Of a stretch of 20,245 nucleotides of DNA, positions 16,307-20,245 are shown piece after piece. A program made the translations under genes and the position numbers. How positions within the stretch are numbered: position 1 is the first letter of the stretch; every line of letters begins with the position of its first letter. The stretch is from Pseudomonadota bacterium (GTDB lineage Bacteria; Bdellovibrionota_B; Oligoflexia; Oligoflexales; CAIMVM01), in the NCBI GenBank assembly GCA_037142195.1, contig JBAXBA010000068.1, positions 1-20,245 on the forward strand, written 5' to 3'. The notes under the pieces are model-generated. The model ran no database searches and was not told where the DNA came from. It worked only from the letters and a program-made list of their open reading frames with translations.

Positions 16307-17937
16307 TGTCTAGAAAAAATTATTGGTCCCTAGTTCTGTGCTTAAGCACCTTTTTTCAGTTTTCCTGTGGAAAGAAAAAAGAAGAAACGAAAGCTGTTCC
16401 TAAAGACGTGCAAGTAGCGGAATCCCCCAATTGTGATCTTTCCACAGTAGGGTGTGCTGTGACATTTACCGGTGCCACCATGGCTCCCACATTGCCAGAC
16501 GGGGACTATGTAGGAGTTTCTTTTACGCTAGGCGATACAGCGACGATAAATGACGGAAAAGAAACAAAAGAACCAGGTGATGGTAGTAAAGTAGTCTTGG
16601 AAAATAGCTCTAAACTTTCTTTAAGTTCAAAGAATTTCGCCCCTGAGCTTGTCGACTTAAATTATATGAGACGACTTATCGCCAATCGCTATACGAGATC
16701 GGCGACTGACCAAGATCCTATTTGGGATCTTATTCGCGCCTATGATGAAGCCGCTTCAGCTCAATTTTTGACAGGAACCCAATCGTTATGGGATTACTAT
16801 AAAAGTGCACAAAAAAAAGCGGGATCGATCCCCAGCCTCCCATTGACATTCCCACAGCTGATCTGCCCTTCAGGAGAACTTGATTTAGGTGCTTTTGGGG
16901 GCAAAATTAATCCCAGTAAAAGATCACAAAGAGTTAATGTTTGTGTCATTGAGCAGGATCAAATTTCAGGATCGGTTTCTAGCGATGACGTTTTAGCTTG
17001 GTCCGATTCCATCGTCTCTAGATATGAAGAAATTTTTGGTGTTCAGGCAGCTGTAGATGGTTTTAAACCCAAACCTTGGATTGTTCTAATGAATGTGAGC
17101 GCCACTCCCAATTTGGCTACGACATTGGGAGCGTTTGTCAGAGATCCTAGTGCCGCAAATAAACATCCGGTCATCATTATTAACACATCTCAAATCAATC
17201 AAACCACAAGCCGCATCGACACGCTGGGTACGATAGCCCACGAGATTTACCACGGAATTTCTTATTATTATAAAATTGTTGTAAACAAAAAGACCCTCGA
17301 AACCGTCGCTATCGATGAGGGCATAGCCCATGTTATGGAAGATATTTTTGGCAATTCCGCCAAAGTTGAAACCGGATGGACTTCGTCGTTTATAGGAGCT
17401 GCGATAGATAGCACGTATCCCGTCCTAAACAGATGGGAGGATGGTTTTAGCCAGCCCCAAGCTCGTGGTGGTGCCCATTCTTTTATGTACTATTTGACCG
17501 ACATGTTTGGTGGTCTTTCTGCCGCCACCGCAACAGCGACTACGGCAAGTGGAAATGGGATCAATTTCCTACGAGATCTTATAAAATCTCCAAGTATCGG
17601 AGCAGCCAATATAGAAGCTGTGACAGGGTTTAAGATTCCGCAATTGATCGGCGATTTTGCAGCAACTGTCATTTTAGATAAATCAGCCGTAAAGGCTGCA
17701 TCGGAAAGATGGACTCTTAAAACACCTTTCTCTTTGACTGCGATCAGTGGAGACAAAGTGGAGATTGGTCACCGCTTTGCTTATGATGTTTCCACTTTAA
17801 GCCCTCTTGGTCAAGATGACTTTGATTCCCCATATTATGCACTTAATGGTTTTTTATGGACCCAGTCGGGCACAAAAAAACTTGAGCTGAGTTCAAAAGA
17901 AGTCAATGCGGGACTTACATTAGTGAGGATAAAATGA
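16306..17937 (+). CDS. zinc metallopeptidase lipoprotein (gluzincin-type HEXXH+E)
   Basis: Lipobox LSTFFQFSC; TIAHEIYHG and downstream IDEGIAH; later SFMYYL helix; TAATG overlap with the flgD stop. Confidence 0.8.
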   Translation: MSRKNYWSLVLCLSTFFQFSCGKKKEETKAVPKDVQVAESPNCDLSTVGCAVTFTGATMAPTLPDGDYVGVSFTLGDTATINDGKETKEPGDGSKVVLENSSKLSLSSKNFAPELVDLNYMRRLIANRYTRSATDQDPIWDLIRAYDEAASAQFLTGTQSLWDYYKSAQKKAGSIPSLPLTFPQLICPSGELDLGAFGGKINPSKRSQRVNVCVIEQDQISGSVSSDDVLAWSDSIVSRYEEIFGVQAAVDGFKPKPWIVLMNVSATPNLATTLGAFVRDPSAANKHPVIIINTSQINQTTSRIDTLGTIAHEIYHGISYYYKIVVNKKTLETVAIDEGIAHVMEDIFGNSAKVETGWTSSFIGAAIDSTYPVLNRWEDGFSQPQARGGAHSFMYYLTDMFGGLSAATATATTASGNGINFLRDLIKSPSIGAANIEAVTGFKIPQLIGDFAATVILDKSAVKAASERWTLKTPFSLTAISGDKVEIGHRFAYDVSTLSPLGQDDFDSPYYALNGFLWTQSGTKKLELSSKEVNAGLTLVRIK

Positions 17938-18425
17938 TATCTACGATTTTTTTAAGATCTTTGGGTTTAGGTTTGCTTTTTTTGGGTTTCAGTCAGCCAG
18001 GATTTTCTGAGTCGTTAAAAAAAGAAGGTTTTGTTAAGAATGTGGGATCGGCGGGACAAACCGTGGCAAATCTTGGAGATGGATTAGATCTATGCCCTGC
18101 CGATAAAGGCGAGCTCGCCAAGAAGCTTTCCGGATACATGGTTTCTGTGGAAGGAACTAAAAATGAGCAAAAAAAATGCATTGAGGTTTCTAAGATAGAG
18201 GTTTTGAAGTCATCCCGCGGAGAACCCGTGCTTCAGGGGACGCTTAAAAAATCCGATGCGAATTGGGTTCTGCAAGCTGAAGATGGAAAATCTTATACGT
18301 TTCTAAAGATCCCCAAAGGCATGAGAGCTTTGGAAAATAAAAAACTTCTGGTGGATGCAGCTCAGACCTCTGGTCTCCAGACTTGGAAAGTTGTATCCTA
18401 TATGATCAACCCTATTTCGGAGTAG
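17934..18425 (+). CDS. hypothetical secreted protein, probably two small beta-barrel repeats
   Basis: ATGA overlap with the peptidase; signal peptide; two similar halves (EGFV...VSVEG and QGTL...LLVDA); one Cys pair. Confidence 0.75.
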   Translation: MISTIFLRSLGLGLLFLGFSQPGFSESLKKEGFVKNVGSAGQTVANLGDGLDLCPADKGELAKKLSGYMVSVEGTKNEQKKCIEVSKIEVLKSSRGEPVLQGTLKKSDANWVLQAEDGKSYTFLKIPKGMRALENKKLLVDAAQTSGLQTWKVVSYMINPISE

Positions 18426-18427
18426 TT

Positions 18428-19078
18428 ATGAAATCCATTCGTGTCTTATTCGTGGCGCTATGTTTGTGCGCGCAGTCAGCTTTTGCAGGATCTTACCTCA
18501 TCGTGGCAGGTAAGGGTGGAAAGTTTGATGGGGATCTTGCCAAGTCTTATAAATCTGCTGGCGCAGGCAAAGTCGAGTTTGTCCTAGATGCTTCAAAAAA
18601 AATTGATAATAGTTCTGCCGCGATAAGTTTTTCAGCGGTTAAAGCTTCCTTGGAAAAGCAGTTGGGCGCCAAGTGGAGTGTTAAAGTTTCTGGTTCTGAA
18701 GCATCGACCCTAGTAGAATTTAAGGGTAAAGAAGCTGATTTTTTGAAAGCAGTAGCTCAAACTAAAATAAAGGCAAGCGCCACAGAAGAGATCGCGATGG
18801 AGGGAAGCTCCTCAGATACGGGCATTAGAGCTAAAGGCATTCCTCCTCGTGAGCCCAAGGAAGACGAAGTTCGCGGAACAGTCCTCAAAGTCGATGCAAA
18901 CATGATGGTTGTTGTTGTGGATGCAAAAGGCACGGGAGCCGTGGCTTCCAAAGTAGCGAGCGGAAAGGTAAAAGTAACGCCCGTTCAACCAGGCTTTGTT
19001 GCTAAATCAACGATTTATTTTGTGCCTGAAACCATTGAAGCGACAGGCGTTAAGATTAAATCTGCAACTTCGAAATAG
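18428..19078 (+). CDS. hypothetical secreted Lys/Ala/Ser-rich protein
   Basis: ATG at 18428 with GGAG upstream, 2 nt after the previous stop; signal peptide MKSIRVLFVALCLCAQSAFA. Confidence 0.8.
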   Translation: MKSIRVLFVALCLCAQSAFAGSYLIVAGKGGKFDGDLAKSYKSAGAGKVEFVLDASKKIDNSSAAISFSAVKASLEKQLGAKWSVKVSGSEASTLVEFKGKEADFLKAVAQTKIKASATEEIAMEGSSSDTGIRAKGIPPREPKEDEVRGTVLKVDANMMVVVVDAKGTGAVASKVASGKVKVTPVQPGFVAKSTIYFVPETIEATGVKIKSATSK

Positions 19079-19098
19079 TTAGCCGTTTAGTAGGCTGT

Positions 19099-20245
19099 TT
19101 AGTTAACATCAAAAACGGGCTGTCTCAAATCTTCATTTGATAAAAATCCAGGTTCAAAATGAACTTGGATTTTCTTATCTAGCACCAGTATTTTAAATAC
19201 ATCTGACAGTTCATTTTGAATGGTATCTATGATGTCTTTTCGCGCTTTTACTTGAATGTCCATTTTGGAGCGCAGTAGGGAAATTCTGACGATTTCTCGA
19301 ATCAGTTCCAGAGCTTCAAACTTGCTAGTTTTTACGCTTCCTGAACCCTCGCAGCGGGGGCAAGGTTCCATAAAGCGGCGTTCTAGGGACTCCGAAGTTC
19401 TTTTTCTGGTCATTTGCACCAGTCCCAGCTCTGATATGCGAAGGACATTCGTTCTGGCGCGGTCCTTCTTGAGTTCCTCTAAAAGTTTATTGTAAATGAT
19501 TTCTCGGTCAACAGGGTCTTCCATGTCTATAAAATCTACAATGATAATTCCACCAATATTTCGAACTCTTAATTGTTCCACCAAAAGGACCGTAGCCTCT
19601 AAATTGGTTTGCAAGATAGTACTTCGAGCGTTTTGTCGGCCAACAAATCTCCCTGTGTTGACATCCACAGAGGTAAGAGCCTCCGTTTGCTCAAGCATCA
19701 GATAGCCACCAGAGGGTAAAGCCACTCGACCGGAGAGGGCCCGGGCTAAATCCAGTTCGAGACCGAATTCATCAAAAATGGGTTTGGTTCCTATATAGTG
19801 TTTTAGCTTCAAGGCTGCAGAAGGAATATTTTGATTGAGGAATTCCTTAAGTCCTAAAAAAGCGTCAAGATCATCACAAAAAATCTCGGTAACATCTTCG
19901 GAATAAATGTCTCGAATGAGCTTTTGGGAAAGTTTCAGGTCTTGGTAGAGAATTCCAGGAGCCTCGACGTGAGATACTCCATGTTGGACACCTTTCCAAG
20001 TTTGAATCAATTGCGCTAAATCGTCTTTTAACTGATCCTCATCGGCACCGACCGCAGCCGTTCTGACGATCACGCCTAGGTTTTCTCGCTCGAGAGAGCA
20101 AACGATTTGTCTGAGTCTGTCTCGCTCTGGTCCGGTCTCAATGCGCCTAGAAATACCTACATGCCTAAAGTTAGGTAGCAAAACGAGATAGCGCCCTGGA
20201 ATGGTAACAACTTGGGTTAGGCGCGGTCCTTTAGAACCTAAGGCC
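19099..20245 (-). CDS. rng: Rne/Rng-family ribonuclease (RNase G-like), 5' end outside the window
   Basis: Frame open to the window edge (ALGSKGPRLT...IPGRYLVL); IVRTAA, LPSGGYL, VDVNTG, DFIDM, QMTRKR, CPRCEGSG zinc link; no RNase E C-terminal tail. Confidence 0.93.
   Translation of the reverse strand, partial: ALGSKGPRLTQVVTIPGRYLVLLPNFRHVGISRRIETGPERDRLRQIVCSLERENLGVIVRTAAVGADEDQLKDDLAQLIQTWKGVQHGVSHVEAPGILYQDLKLSQKLIRDIYSEDVTEIFCDDLDAFLGLKEFLNQNIPSAALKLKHYIGTKPIFDEFGLELDLARALSGRVALPSGGYLMLEQTEALTSVDVNTGRFVGRQNARSTILQTNLEATVLLVEQLRVRNIGGIIIVDFIDMEDPVDREIIYNKLLEELKKDRARTNVLRISELGLVQMTRKRTSESLERRFMEPCPRCEGSGSVKTSKFEALELIREIVRISLLRSKMDIQVKARKDIIDTIQNELSDVFKILVLDKKIQVHFEPGFLSNEDLRQPVFDVN

Noticed and set aside
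716..19705. Many short ORFs antisense to or overlapping well-supported genes
   Set aside because: Shadow ORFs without RBS or motifs.
1..20245. CRISPR array, rRNA, tRNA, prophage or integrase genes
   Set aside because: No repeat-spacer periodicity or recognisable signatures seen on manual reading.

Overview
A bacterial chromosomal window of about 42% GC (estimated by eye). Protein style and gene order suggest Oligoflexia/Bdellovibrionota; this is inference. Left part (1-~7400) is accessory and partly eroded: a LysR regulator divergent from a small secreted-protein gene, an MBL-fold lipoprotein hydrolase, an IS66 TnpC pseudogene, an AAA+/DUF4143 ATPase-nuclease, an IS91-family transposase stub and an orphan lipoprotein with possible lysozyme-like motifs. 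Middle part (7625-11109, minus strand) is the core cluster rplU-rpmA-obgE-nadD-rsfS-rlmH, with an unusually long, strongly folded spacer between rplU and rpmA. A 659-bp divergent intergenic region (hairpin chain and a small ORF with a strong RBS) precedes an alpha/beta hydrolase. Right part is a tightly coupled five-gene unit: a long FliK, an extended FlgD and then, where flgE is normally found, an HEXXH metallopeptidase lipoprotein and two secreted unknown proteins. It converges on a 5'-truncated RNase G/E gene. The best candidates for new biology are the fliK-flgD-peptidase unit and the two structured intergenic elements.
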